From the IMG/VR virus record IMGVR_UViG_2882234885_000004: a stretch of DNA of 64,000 bases. One strand, 5' to 3'. The DNA comes from an uncultured virus (IMG/VR IMGVR_UViG_2882234885_000004). Its lineage: Duplodnaviria > Heunggongvirae > Uroviricota > Caudoviricetes. The stretch's first letter is position 1. Each line of letters opens with the position of its first letter. Both the position numbers and the translations under genes were made by a program. Shown piece after piece: positions 1 to 9,496 of the stretch. The notes under the pieces are model-generated. The model searched no databases, had not been told where the DNA came from, and saw nothing but the letters and a program-made list of their open reading frames with translations.

Positions 1-489
1 GTGCTCAAAGACCAGACATGTTGTTGCATTGGCCCAACGTTTGTTCCAGCAAATGCTCAGATGGACCTGAATATGTGGATAGACAGTACAATTACAAGGT
101 TATATCAGGACTACCACATCTGGTACTTCGGCATTGGTGGCAACCGGGGATTTGAACTGGCTGCGGCAAACGCCATCCTTTTGAAAAGAGCTAGACTCCC
201 GGACTGCAAAATAATTCTGGTAGCGCCTTGTCCTGAGTTTGCAGACCGCTGGCGGGACAAGGATAAGAGTTTGTATGCGAAGGTGACGGGAAGCGCAAAC
301 AAGGTCGTCAGCGTTTCACCTCACTACACGCCGGAATGCATGAGATTGCGGAACAAACACCTCATTGACAACTCCAGTGTATTGATTTGCATGGATGACA
401 GCTTCGGCACAGAAACCAGCCTGGCGATTCAATATGCCAAGGATTGTGGCTTAGAGGTTTTCTGCTTCCGGGCTTCCAATAGGCACTGA
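1..489 (+). CDS. SLOG superfamily (YspA/DUF1273-like) protein, motifs partly degenerate; may be 5'-truncated by the window edge
   Basis: GGNRGFELAAA, CMRLRNKHLIDNSSVLI and AIQYAK match the DUF1273 pattern; the usual TGHR is IGPT. Confidence 0.7.
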   Translation: MLKDQTCCCIGPTFVPANAQMDLNMWIDSTITRLYQDYHIWYFGIGGNRGFELAAANAILLKRARLPDCKIILVAPCPEFADRWRDKDKSLYAKVTGSANKVVSVSPHYTPECMRLRNKHLIDNSSVLICMDDSFGTETSLAIQYAKDCGLEVFCFRASNRH

Positions 490-525
490 CGTTTTTAGAC
501 GCCCCGGCACACATACTTCGATAAC

Positions 526-1347
526 TTAACTCGTCTTTTTGAGGAATACCCGCCGAATTGGCCTGCTGAACGCTTCCGTCTGGACCAGTTCCGCTTCGAC
601 CTGAGGAACGCCCTTGGCGAGGGCGGTGGCCCGATGATTGATTTCAAAGTGGATACCAACCGTCTTACGCTTATCCTCTGTGCTTTTGATAGGAGTATAG
701 GATACCATGATGTCCGTGCAGGCATTGATTTCCTCGACAGCGCCGGAGAGAACAGATTTTGAGAGGCTTTTGAAATCCTTGTAACGGTCGACGCCCGTCT
801 TTGTGTTCAGGAGATTCAGCGACTTCCGCAGGCGTTCCAAGGTGAAATCCACACTGCCGACATAGGCAAAGGAACGAAGTAGATTGTAGAGCTTGATGGC
901 ATAGGACGAACTCAGCGTACTCACAAATCCAAACTGATACTGCGTGAAATTCCGGGTCTGCTGCAGCAGGTACTTGGACAGGTCCTCATTGAATTTGAAG
1001 AGCGCCTTACCGTTTTCGATGTCCCGGTCTATCTGGATGCAGCCGAACCACGGGAACACCGTGATGCGTTCCTTGTTGTAGATATAATAGGACTTCTGAG
1101 CCATATCCTCCAGGAGGTCGGTCAGGTACGCTTTTTTGCCGCCCTTGTTGGAATCGTAGTTGATGATGGCCAGCAGGGTCTTGTAGTCCACTTCGATAGG
1201 GAAGAAGAGCTCATCCTCACGCTCGATACAGCTCATCAGGAAGTAGAGAATTTTGAGCTGATTCATCTTCATGCTGTTAGAAGTCTCCACTATCAGCTCG
1301 TTCCCTTGGACAACGACCGCCTGTTTCTTAGAAACCTGCTCCGTCAT
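526..1347 (-). CDS. Plasmid replication initiator, Rep_3 family
   Basis: N-terminal VVQGNELI, FTQYQ..LSSSYAIKLYNLL, LERLRKSL, YKDFK..VL..AVEEIN; adjacent to iterons; GGGGAGGTG RBS. Confidence 0.9.
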   Translation of the reverse strand: MTEQVSKKQAVVVQGNELIVETSNSMKMNQLKILYFLMSCIEREDELFFPIEVDYKTLLAIINYDSNKGGKKAYLTDLLEDMAQKSYYIYNKERITVFPWFGCIQIDRDIENGKALFKFNEDLSKYLLQQTRNFTQYQFGFVSTLSSSYAIKLYNLLRSFAYVGSVDFTLERLRKSLNLLNTKTGVDRYKDFKSLSKSVLSGAVEEINACTDIMVSYTPIKSTEDKRKTVGIHFEINHRATALAKGVPQVEAELVQTEAFSRPIRRVFLKKTS

Positions 1348-1376
1348 AGAAAAGCACCTCCCCCGGATAGGTAAAT

Positions 1377-1409
1377 AATATTATACCATATAATATTGAA
1401 TTATGCAAT
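1377..1409 (-). promoter_or_regulatory. Sigma-A promoter of rep (member of the repeated promoter family)
   Basis: TTGCAT-17bp-TATAAT with TGG extended -10 on the minus strand. Confidence 0.75.
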
Positions 1410-1544
1410 AAATTAAGTTTGGGGCAATTAAAGACTATCTGAAGCGGTCCAACACATGAGATGTCAGACTGGCCAAAGCGAGGCCGGGGCGGCTGCTTCT
1501 CCCGGCAGAGTGGGGTGGACGGTGGCGGGGCTCAAAAGCACTAC

Positions 1545-1810
1545 AAGTTAATAAAATTAGTTCTAATTTTATAATATTAGTTACTAATTTTATAAAAATC
1601 ATTGGAAAGTGACAAGTTCTCCAACACAAATTGCGAGGTGGGAGCAACGCTCCCACCAGGCTGACTAACAAAGTGTAATTTTCTCTTAGTTGAAACTTCG
1701 GGCAAAAATTTTAAAGTCAATCTAAAATAAAAATTTTCTTCAGTTAAGACTATTTTTCTAATAGAACTAGAAGTTCTAATATTAGTAAGATACTTTTAGA
1801 TATTTAAGGC
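1545..1810. other. AT-rich segment of the putative replication origin (unwinding element)
   Basis: Very AT-rich and non-coding; lies between rep and the iterons; hairpin GGTGGGAGC-AAC-GCTCCCACC at 1637-1657. Confidence 0.6.
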
Positions 1811-1849
1811 CCCCGGAACCCGTTGGGGCGCAACGGGTCTGGCGAGATT

Positions 1850-1936
1850 GGGGGTAAGTTTTTGTCGGGTTGGGGGGTAGTTTTTGTCGGAAAAGGGGGT
1901 AAGTTTTTGTCGGAGTCTGGGGGTAATTTTTGTCGG
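1850..1936 (+). repeat. Iteron array: 4 direct repeats of about GGGGGTAA(G)TTTTTGTCGG
   Basis: Repeats end at 1868, 1890, 1913 and 1936 (22-23 bp period, about two helical turns), next to a Rep_3 gene. Confidence 0.9.
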
Positions 1937-2107
1937 TAGCCCCATTTTTCTGGCCCCGAATGAGGTCAACTTTTCGGTTGATAGATTTTTTCTTATGTGG
2001 CATAACCGATTTTGGTTTCGAAGGAAGCATTTTTTTACTGAACATGATATCGCTGCTACTAATTAACGCTATTTGGTACAGGATAACACGGATTAAGACA
2101 ACATGAG

Positions 2108-2185
2108 AAATAGAGGGGTAATTTTTGTCGGTGACATAGTGGAACCCTTGAAATTAAGGCAAAAATAGAGGGGGACTTTTTGTCG
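2108..2185 (+). repeat. Two outlying iteron copies
   Basis: AAATAGAGGGGTAATTTTTGTCG at 2108 and AAATAGAGGGGGACTTTTTGTCG at 2163. Confidence 0.75.
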
Positions 2186-2381
2186 TATCGAAGAATCTTT
2201 CGTTTTGAACGAATATTCCAGTCCATTTGCGCACAGACCGAATCCATGCTACAATGTTAGTGTTGTAACTGAGGAAGTATCTATCACCTAAGACATCATA
2301 GAGATTTTCGTACGAGCAGGCATCAGGCTGATTTGGCCGGGCCTGCTTTTTTGCTGTCATTTTATCGAGGAGGAGAAGACT

Positions 2382-2831
2382 ATGAAAGTTAAGTTCAAAA
2401 AGGAGTATCCCGACGCCATCATCCCGGACAAGGATACGTCGCAGTCTGCCTGTGTAAACCTATATGCCTACATCATCGACCCCAAACACCGGGGCGAAGG
2501 CATTACCATCAATCCCCATAAGTGCTACCAGTTCGGCAGTGGAATTAGCGTGGAAATTCCCGAAGGATATGTAGGACTTCTGCTGGCCAAAGGGAACTAC
2601 GGCATTATGAGGCAGCTCTCTCCCGCAAACAGTGCCGGAGTCATCGACCCAGACTATCGCGGCGAGGTCATGATTGGCCTTGAAAACGGCGGGAATACAA
2701 AACAGGTGGTTCGCCATGGAGACAAGGTGGCCCAGCTTTGTATCGTGCCTGCCCTTCAGTTTGATATGGAAGAAGCGGAAACGCTGTCTGAAACAGAGCG
2801 TGGCCGCCGGAACTATCGGTATCGATTTTAA
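2382..2831 (+). CDS. dut: Trimeric dUTPase-like protein with degenerate motifs 1, 2 and 5
   Basis: GVIDPDYRGE (motif 3) and GDKVAQL (motif 4) intact; GAGGAG RBS. Confidence 0.85.
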   Translation: MKVKFKKEYPDAIIPDKDTSQSACVNLYAYIIDPKHRGEGITINPHKCYQFGSGISVEIPEGYVGLLLAKGNYGIMRQLSPANSAGVIDPDYRGEVMIGLENGGNTKQVVRHGDKVAQLCIVPALQFDMEEAETLSETERGRRNYRYRF

Positions 2832-2846
2832 TGCAGCAGTTCGTAT

Positions 2847-2874
2847 AAGCCCCCTCATGCGAGGGGGCTTTTTT
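2847..2874 (+). terminator. Intrinsic terminator
   Basis: AAGCCCCCTC-ATGC-GAGGGGGCTT plus T run. Confidence 0.85.
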
Positions 2875-2883
2875 CTTATAAAC

Positions 2884-2912
2884 TTGCGTAATATATTGTT
2901 ATGTGGTATAAT
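2884..2912 (+). promoter_or_regulatory. Sigma-A promoter (repeated family)
   Basis: TTGCGT-17bp-TATAAT, TGG extension. Confidence 0.75.
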
Positions 2913-2941
2913 ATTGCAACAGAGAGCGAGGTGAATTTAAC

Positions 2942-5509
2942 TTGAAACTCATCATTGCAGAGAAACCGATGCTTGTCGCTGCAATCGCTGAAGCAATTCC
3001 TGGCCAGAAAACACTACTGGCTGGGTCTACATATATGACCAAAGGCGAATACACCCTGATTTCTGTGTTTGGCCACCTGCTCACTTTGAAGGAGCCAGAG
3101 GACTATGATGAGAAATATGCTGACCGAAAGGACATCAGTCTCCTGCCCATCTACTTTGATGACTGGCAGATGAAGGTGAAGCCGCCGGATGAGAAGCATA
3201 AGGATTCTCCACCCGAGCAGCGGCTCAATGAGATTGGACGGCTTTTGAAGCAGTGCGAATATGTCATCCATGCCGGAGACCCGGACGAAGAAGGCCAACT
3301 CCTCATTGATGAGGTCCTGCGATGGTTCCACTATACAGGAAAGACCTACCGGCTGGATACTCTCGACACGACGCCGGATGCCATGCGGTATGCTATGGCT
3401 CACCTGCATGACAATAAGAGCTATGAGACCGCAGGCTGGTCCGCCTATGCCAGAAGTGTGGCGGACGCCATGGTCGGGTACAACCTGTCCAGATATTTCT
3501 CCATCCTGAACGCACCGGCGTTCCTGCCTGTTGGGAGGGTCCAAACAGCCACCATGGGTCTGGTTTGCCAGCGAGACCTCTTGATAGAAGGGCACCATAA
3601 AGTGACCTACTATGAGGTTGCCGCAGACCTGAATGTAGATGGAACGGCTCTGACAGCCATGTATGTGCCATCGAAGGACGACCCTAACCTGGATGACGGC
3701 CGGATATTGAATAAAGCCTATGCGGTGTCAAAGGCCGAGATGCTGAAAGATGAAACCCTGGAAGGCGTGAAGGTAACACGGAAGGCGGTGGATGAACCGC
3801 CCCCGCTCCCATTCAACCTGTCCAAGCTGACATCATATTGCGGCTCCAAGTTCGGTTATTCCCCAATGGACGTTATGAATATCACCCAGTCTCTGCGTGA
3901 TAACTATAAAGCCATCTCCTATAACCGGACAGACTGCCAGTACCTGACATCTAGGCAGTATGAGCAGTCCGGCGTCACGATGGATGCTGTCATTCAGAAC
4001 ATCGGATTCAGACCGAAGCTGTTGGATATGTCCATCAAGTCCAGATGCTTCAATGACAAGTACACCACGGAATCCGACGGTGCTCACACGGCCATCATCC
4101 CGCAGGCAATCCATGTCGATATCAATGCGATGACGGAGCGGGAGCGGAATGTCTATCTCGCTATCTGTAAGTACTACATGGCGCAGTTCCTGCCTCCGGC
4201 CAAGAAGGAGAAGTCTCGCCTTGCCGCGCCCCTGAACGACGGCGGGTCTTTGGTCGCCACCGCGACAAAGACCGTTGAGCCAGGCTATCTGACCATCTTC
4301 AAGAAAGACGCTGATGTGGAGCCAGATGATATCAGCCCTCTTTGCAATTTGAAGACAGGAGAATACAGTGCCGATGTGACAGATGCCCATGTGCTGGAAA
4401 AGGAGACCAAGCCGCCAGCACGGTATACCCAATCCACACTTGCCGCAGACATGACCTGTATAGCCAAGTACGTGGATGACCCGACCGCGAAAGCCCTGTT
4501 GCGGGAAAAGGACAAGGAAAAGCCAGACGAGAATGGCTCAATCGGTACACCGGCAACGCGGGCCAGCATCATCGTGGGGCTTATTAAGCATGGGTATTTG
4601 ACGGATGACGGCAAGCACGTCATCTCGACCAAGAAGGCCCGGGAGTTCTACCGCATCTTGCCGGATGAGGTAAAGAAAGCGGATATGACGGCCTACTGGT
4701 GGGCCCTGCAGGAAGATATCCGCACTGGCGCACGAGATTACCATGTACTGACGGACAGTGTGTTGGAGACCGTCACGCGCATCGTGCATACCGATTACCC
4801 GAGGCTCTCTGAGGACCTCTTAAAGGAACTGGCCGCAGGAGATTCAGCAAACCGTCCCAGCCTGGGCAAGTGCCCTCGATGCGGCAGTCCCGTCATTGAA
4901 GGGAAGAAGGGGTACGGCTGTTCAGGCTGGAAGAATGGGTGTAAATTTGTGATTTGGAAGAAATCAAAGCACCCCATGCTTCAGAACTGTTCCATCAGTG
5001 CCAGCAATGTGAAGACATGGCTGTCTGCCCCCTGGAAAGAAGAAGTCGCCGATGGCCAGAATACCGGCAGGCTGGTATCCGGTAAGACCGTTCACTTCAA
5101 AAAGCTCCTGTCTCAGAAGAAAGAGAAGACCTTTGAGGGCGATATATTCCTGGTCGATGACCCTTCCAGCGAGTATGGACCCGGATTTAAGCTGGCTATC
5201 GGCGATGATAAGGCCGTATTGGGGAAGTGCCCACGATGCGGCGGAGATGTCACAGAGTTTTCTTTGGGCTTTTCTTGCAGTAACCATAAATCCGGCTGCG
5301 GCTTTGTGATTTGGAAAAAGTCAAAGCTGAAAACGCTCAGCAAGATTACCTTCACAGCAAGCGATGTAAAAGCGTTCCTCGCGGGAAAGACCGTGAAAAA
5401 GTCCAATCTCGTCAAGCGAGACGGGAGTACATATGCCGCCTCACTGCGGATGAAGGATGACCCAACCAGCCAGTACGGACCGGACTTCGAGCCAGTCTTC
5501 GGAAAGTGA
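2942..5509 (+). CDS. topB: Type IA DNA topoisomerase (topoisomerase III-like) with repeated C-terminal Zn ribbons
   Basis: IIAEKP, AGDPDEEG Toprim, GRVQT, catalytic SYNRTD, GTPATRA, two GKCPRCG ribbons. Confidence 0.95.
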   Translation: MKLIIAEKPMLVAAIAEAIPGQKTLLAGSTYMTKGEYTLISVFGHLLTLKEPEDYDEKYADRKDISLLPIYFDDWQMKVKPPDEKHKDSPPEQRLNEIGRLLKQCEYVIHAGDPDEEGQLLIDEVLRWFHYTGKTYRLDTLDTTPDAMRYAMAHLHDNKSYETAGWSAYARSVADAMVGYNLSRYFSILNAPAFLPVGRVQTATMGLVCQRDLLIEGHHKVTYYEVAADLNVDGTALTAMYVPSKDDPNLDDGRILNKAYAVSKAEMLKDETLEGVKVTRKAVDEPPPLPFNLSKLTSYCGSKFGYSPMDVMNITQSLRDNYKAISYNRTDCQYLTSRQYEQSGVTMDAVIQNIGFRPKLLDMSIKSRCFNDKYTTESDGAHTAIIPQAIHVDINAMTERERNVYLAICKYYMAQFLPPAKKEKSRLAAPLNDGGSLVATATKTVEPGYLTIFKKDADVEPDDISPLCNLKTGEYSADVTDAHVLEKETKPPARYTQSTLAADMTCIAKYVDDPTAKALLREKDKEKPDENGSIGTPATRASIIVGLIKHGYLTDDGKHVISTKKAREFYRILPDEVKKADMTAYWWALQEDIRTGARDYHVLTDSVLETVTRIVHTDYPRLSEDLLKELAAGDSANRPSLGKCPRCGSPVIEGKKGYGCSGWKNGCKFVIWKKSKHPMLQNCSISASNVKTWLSAPWKEEVADGQNTGRLVSGKTVHFKKLLSQKKEKTFEGDIFLVDDPSSEYGPGFKLAIGDDKAVLGKCPRCGGDVTEFSLGFSCSNHKSGCGFVIWKKSKLKTLSKITFTASDVKAFLAGKTVKKSNLVKRDGSTYAASLRMKDDPTSQYGPDFEPVFGK

Positions 5510-6072
5510 GGCTGGTCATGACCTATCGAACACACATCCTTGGCGGCGTTGCAATCGGGGCGGTTGTCACAACTGCCGCAGGGCAGGGGTACTTTGGCCT
5601 GACCCCGCTCTCTACACCGGCTATCTTTGGCACATTCATAGCCGCTATGTTTGGAAGCGTTTTCCCAGACATTGACCAACCTAAGAGCAAAATGGGACAG
5701 CAAATTCCCATTTTATCAAAGCTGATGCGGGGCACGTTCGGGCATCGTGGTTTCTGCCACAGCCTGCTGTTCCTGCTGATTCTGCACTTCCTAGTCGTTC
5801 GCTTCCTTCCATCTATGGCCTTTTACAGCCTTGTTTTCTGCTTGGGAGCCGCGACGCATCTATTCTTTGATATGTTCAATAGTCCTGGAGTCCCTCTTTT
5901 CTGGCCAGTGAAAATTCGGGTACGGATAGCAAAAATCAGAACCGAGTCGCAATTCAACTCTAAAGCGGCCAATCTCCCTGAAAAAATGTTCCGTGGAGTT
6001 GTCTGCGTACTTGATGTTTTACTTGCTGTCAACATGGCTGTGGTGCTGAACGGCGGTTTCCCGGCCATATGA
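5506..6072 (+). CDS. YdjM-like membrane metal-dependent hydrolase
   Basis: RTH, PDID, GHRGFCHS, THLFFD, GVPLFWP motifs with hydrophobic helices. Confidence 0.85.
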   Translation: MRLVMTYRTHILGGVAIGAVVTTAAGQGYFGLTPLSTPAIFGTFIAAMFGSVFPDIDQPKSKMGQQIPILSKLMRGTFGHRGFCHSLLFLLILHFLVVRFLPSMAFYSLVFCLGAATHLFFDMFNSPGVPLFWPVKIRVRIAKIRTESQFNSKAANLPEKMFRGVVCVLDVLLAVNMAVVLNGGFPAI

Positions 6073-6142
6073 AAAGACACAAATAACCCCACCGTGAAAG
6101 GAGGTAGGGGCATAGATTTTCTCAATACGATGCCCGAAGCCT

Positions 6143-6724
6143 ATGACATATGAAGATAAACTGACTGTTTGCAGAATGCGACTGAACGGCTCCAATATTT
6201 CATCTATCGCCGAAGAGCTCGGATGCTCATATCAGACCATCTGCAACTTTTTGAAAAAGCTCCCGAGGGTGGACCGGCAGATTCGGTCCCATCCGAACCG
6301 GAGCAATAAGAAACTGATGGCTGTCTGCGCGGATTATCTGGCGGGTGCGTCCATCGGAAGCCTGGCGAAGACCTACCGCATGTCAGAACCGGAAGTCCTG
6401 GAGATTTTCTCCTATATTGCGGAAAAGAAGCCTATCGCCATTCGCAACTCCCAATACCCGGCGCTGACTGACTGGATGAATCTGAATGGCTACACAGTAC
6501 AGTCCTTTGCGGTCTTACTGGATATACCAGCCAGTAAGTTGAGCCGCATTATCAACGGCCGGACCCACCTTCGGTATGAAACTGCTATGCAAATCAAGGA
6601 TATTACCGGATTGCCGCTGCGGAAGATATATCATCATGTGCTGAATCCCAAGCAGGAAGGGAAGGAGGCTCCGCAGGTGTCGCTGGAGCCTCCCAAAAAG
6701 CAGCAGAAGGAGGCTGTCGTATGA
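6143..6724 (+). CDS. Multi-HTH DNA-binding protein (C-terminal XRE-like)
   Basis: SSIAEELGCSYQTI, SIGSLAKTYRMS, FAVLLDIPASKLSRIING. Confidence 0.7.
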   Translation: MTYEDKLTVCRMRLNGSNISSIAEELGCSYQTICNFLKKLPRVDRQIRSHPNRSNKKLMAVCADYLAGASIGSLAKTYRMSEPEVLEIFSYIAEKKPIAIRNSQYPALTDWMNLNGYTVQSFAVLLDIPASKLSRIINGRTHLRYETAMQIKDITGLPLRKIYHHVLNPKQEGKEAPQVSLEPPKKQQKEAVV

Positions 6725-7854
6725 ACGGAGAGCGGGCAAAGCTCATCATAAAACTGATATTGGGCATTGCGGCTATTGCCGTGTGCTGTCTATTCATCAT
6801 CTTCGTGATGCGGGCGTGTTCTGCTGGTGATGATGACCCAGATGCGAGCAACACGCCATCCATCAGCGATGATGGAGAAAATAGCAGCCCATCTGGCAAC
6901 GGGAGTGGTACGGAAGTTCCCGATGATACTCTTTCTGACTACGCAGATTACGAGGACAACTCTGACTACGAGTCTCTCGGGAACTATATGAACGACCGCA
7001 TCCTCACCTATGACTACGGCTCCGGCACGATATCCATTGGTGTTGACCTTGGCGTTCAGGACTACCTCTATCTCAATCCGGTTTGTTCTGAGGCTTCGGC
7101 CGAGGCAGGAAAGCAAGTCGGCTTTTTCATTACAGCCAGCAGCCCCAGGCTGGATATCAGCTATGCCGAGGGTGCTGCGGCGACAGAGGAGCTGAACGCC
7201 CAGGAGGCTAATCTGGTCATGCTCGGTCAGACCTATGACACGGCGGCCCCTGCCGGGTATAAGTCCGCTGAGAATTTTGGTGTCCGGTGGGAACGGGACA
7301 CAATGGAAATCAATGAAGATGATGGCGGCACAACACTTTATATTCGGGCAGTCAATCTCAGCAGCGGTGAGCTGATTGCCATGTGCAAAGCCACCATCGT
7401 TTATGACGCGGCCACAGACACCCATCACCTGGACACCCTGACATCTTCGGATGTAGTCGATACTGGCGAAATGACCCAGGAAGAAAAATCTGTGCTGGTT
7501 CAGGACGCCATTACCTTCATGCAGGGGACGGGGAATTTCACCCCGCCCAGTGAGGCTGGCTGGACGAACGCTGCGGCTACGGCCAAGGTGGAACACGTGC
7601 CGGAGCCATATTTCACGCAGTTCTCAGATACAGAAGGTCAGCCGGTTCGGTCTTTCGATTTTCCGTATAACCGCTGTGAAATCTGGGCGGTAAACCTGCA
7701 GTTCCCAAGCGGATTTATCACTGTGTACTTTGCGCCGTACCTTCAGACACTTGGCATGGAATCCATGACGGCTCCTGGAGAGACTGACATTGACCTGCGA
7801 CCCATCGGATATGATTGCCTGAATCCATTCACAGAGGATACTATCCTCTGGTAA
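6721..7854 (+). CDS. Membrane-anchored acidic extracytoplasmic protein
   Basis: N-terminal hydrophobic helix, then a Ser/Asp-rich linker; overlaps the upstream stop. Confidence 0.7.
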   Translation: MNGERAKLIIKLILGIAAIAVCCLFIIFVMRACSAGDDDPDASNTPSISDDGENSSPSGNGSGTEVPDDTLSDYADYEDNSDYESLGNYMNDRILTYDYGSGTISIGVDLGVQDYLYLNPVCSEASAEAGKQVGFFITASSPRLDISYAEGAAATEELNAQEANLVMLGQTYDTAAPAGYKSAENFGVRWERDTMEINEDDGGTTLYIRAVNLSSGELIAMCKATIVYDAATDTHHLDTLTSSDVVDTGEMTQEEKSVLVQDAITFMQGTGNFTPPSEAGWTNAAATAKVEHVPEPYFTQFSDTEGQPVRSFDFPYNRCEIWAVNLQFPSGFITVYFAPYLQTLGMESMTAPGETDIDLRPIGYDCLNPFTEDTILW

Positions 7855-7874
7855 ACAATTTGGGAGGACAGATT

Positions 7875-8318
7875 ATGCCTACGATTATTGAAAACACGCA
7901 ACAGGTCAACGCCCTCAATGAGATTGAGGCGGCGCTGGCAATCATCAAGTCCATTAACACCATTATTTCTGCCGGTGATGGTGCGTTGGCCATCGTATAC
8001 AAGCCGGAGAAGGGCCGTAAGGTTCAGGTGGACGTGCCGGATGCTTCCCGCGCCAAAGCAATCGGGATTCTGAGCGCCATAAAGGACCGGCTGGTCAAAG
8101 AGGTGAAGGTCAAGGCAACGAAATTCCATATCGGCCTTGATGAAGCGGACCTAGCCTGCATGAGTGATGTTCCTCAAAGCACTCCTTCAGAAGCTAACGA
8201 GCCTGTGGACGGCCAGGGAGGCGCAGAGACTATACAGGAAGATAACGAACATTCTGGTGGAGAGAATGCTTCTGGGGGACTTGAAGGCGAACTTGGTGAA
8301 GACGAATCCCTGATTTAA
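7875..8318 (+). CDS. Hypothetical protein
   Basis: GGAGGA RBS before ATG 7875; acidic tail. Confidence 0.65.
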   Translation: MPTIIENTQQVNALNEIEAALAIIKSINTIISAGDGALAIVYKPEKGRKVQVDVPDASRAKAIGILSAIKDRLVKEVKVKATKFHIGLDEADLACMSDVPQSTPSEANEPVDGQGGAETIQEDNEHSGGENASGGLEGELGEDESLI

Positions 8319-8346
8319 TCAGCATATCAACTGAAGACGTAGATGT

Positions 8347-8392
8347 AAAAAAGGCAGACAATGCAGAACATAGCATTGTCTGTCTTTCTTTG
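8347..8392. terminator. Bidirectional terminator between convergent operons
   Basis: GGCAGACAATGC/GCATTGTCTGTC stem flanked by A and T runs. Confidence 0.7.
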
Positions 8393-8414
8393 AACCATTT
8401 GCGTGTGGGCGATG

Positions 8415-8819
8415 TTATATAATGTTGATAAAAAAGGGGTTTTGCTTGAATTTCTTTTTTCCTTGGCGTGTCACAATGACACTTTGACATATATCAAAAA
8501 TAGTGTCTTTCAACACAAGGCTTTTGAAAATGTTAGTACCCTGTTCAAGATTTTTTGAGTTACATGCGTAAAATGTTTTGAAATTGTTTTGAATAATTTG
8601 GGGCGTGTCAAGGTTCTCTCCAATAGGAAGAGAGTGCAATTTTTCAATAAATTGCGTAGGGGATAGCAAGGCATACTGTTGGTTTGGAACCAGTATAAAG
8701 TCAAATTTCTGCTTTTTTAGTTTTCGTAAAAGGACTTCCTCTGAATAGGTTGCTGTATATGAAAAGCAGAGGGAAATAAGTGATATGAAAATAGAAAGCA
8801 GCGGGAGAATGTATTCCAC
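8415..8819 (-). CDS. AT-rich hypothetical protein with an N-terminal TM helix
   Basis: GGAGG RBS before GTG 8819; the longer start overlaps a terminator hairpin. Confidence 0.5.
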   Translation of the reverse strand: MEYILPLLSIFISLISLCFSYTATYSEEVLLRKLKKQKFDFILVPNQQYALLSPTQFIEKLHSLPIGENLDTPQIIQNNFKTFYACNSKNLEQGTNIFKSLVLKDTIFDICQSVIVTRQGKKKFKQNPFFINII

Positions 8820-8870
8820 GGAAATTCCTCCAGAAAAAGTCTGTGCCGCAAAAAGCGGCACAGACCTTTT

Positions 8871-9491
8871 TTATAGTTGGTAGTACGCCAGGAGTTGGCT
8901 CGGGTTCCTCTGGTGGTAATAGACCAGATAAGGGCAGCCCGGGAAGAACTCTCCCTTCTTGTCCCGCACCAGGAATCGGTAGTAGGTGGGAACCTCGTCG
9001 GATGTACAGAAGGAAACATAGTAGTCAGAGGATATCCTGGAAGTTTTCTGTACATTGTAGCAAAGCAGAGACAACTCTACGATTTTCCCGTCACGAAAAT
9101 CTAACCGGGATGAAATCCCCATATAGATGAAGAAAGCGGAAAACGCGAGAAGAATCAAGAACTGCGGGGACATGAGGGATATGGACATAACCACTCCAAG
9201 CAGCGCAGAGACAATAGCGGCAAGATACAGCTTGATTTCCCGGTCTGCCAAGGCTGTGGGAAGTTCGATTGCAAGGAGTTTGCGCTCGTCTTCCTTCTCT
9301 TGCTCATGAACGGCAGACTTCACTTCATCGGAAATGGGGTCATCAGGCCCATCGTCTGCGACCTGATATGACTTCTTAGACGGGGAAGGCTCATGTGGGG
9401 GAGCTTCTGCAGCCTGTTTCTCGGCAGCCGCAGAAGTATCTTCCTGGTCAAAACCCGGAAAGTGGATGATTTTCGGCTCTTTATCGACCAT
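8871..9491 (-). CDS. Two-TM membrane protein
   Basis: Acidic N-terminus, two hydrophobic helices, RBS within the end of the upstream gene. Confidence 0.7.
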   Translation of the reverse strand: MVDKEPKIIHFPGFDQEDTSAAAEKQAAEAPPHEPSPSKKSYQVADDGPDDPISDEVKSAVHEQEKEDERKLLAIELPTALADREIKLYLAAIVSALLGVVMSISLMSPQFLILLAFSAFFIYMGISSRLDFRDGKIVELSLLCYNVQKTSRISSDYYVSFCTSDEVPTYYRFLVRDKKGEFFPGCPYLVYYHQRNPSQLLAYYQL

Positions 9492-9496
9492 GGTAA

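Noticed and set aside
1440..1540. GC-rich patch near the origin as oriT or ssi
   Set aside because: No recognisable nic consensus or convincing long stem was found
1850..1936. Repeat array as CRISPR
   Set aside because: Units are separated by only 3-5 bp with no spacers and no cas genes; the position next to Rep_3 indicates iterons
1782..2066. ORFs 1782-2045(-) and 1884-2066(+)
   Set aside because: Low-complexity translations of the iterons, with no RBS
2674..2934. Frameshifted dUTPase C-terminus (AGTIGIDF frame)
   Set aside because: It only weakly resembles motif 5 and would read through the terminator and the next promoter; a read-level check is still sensible
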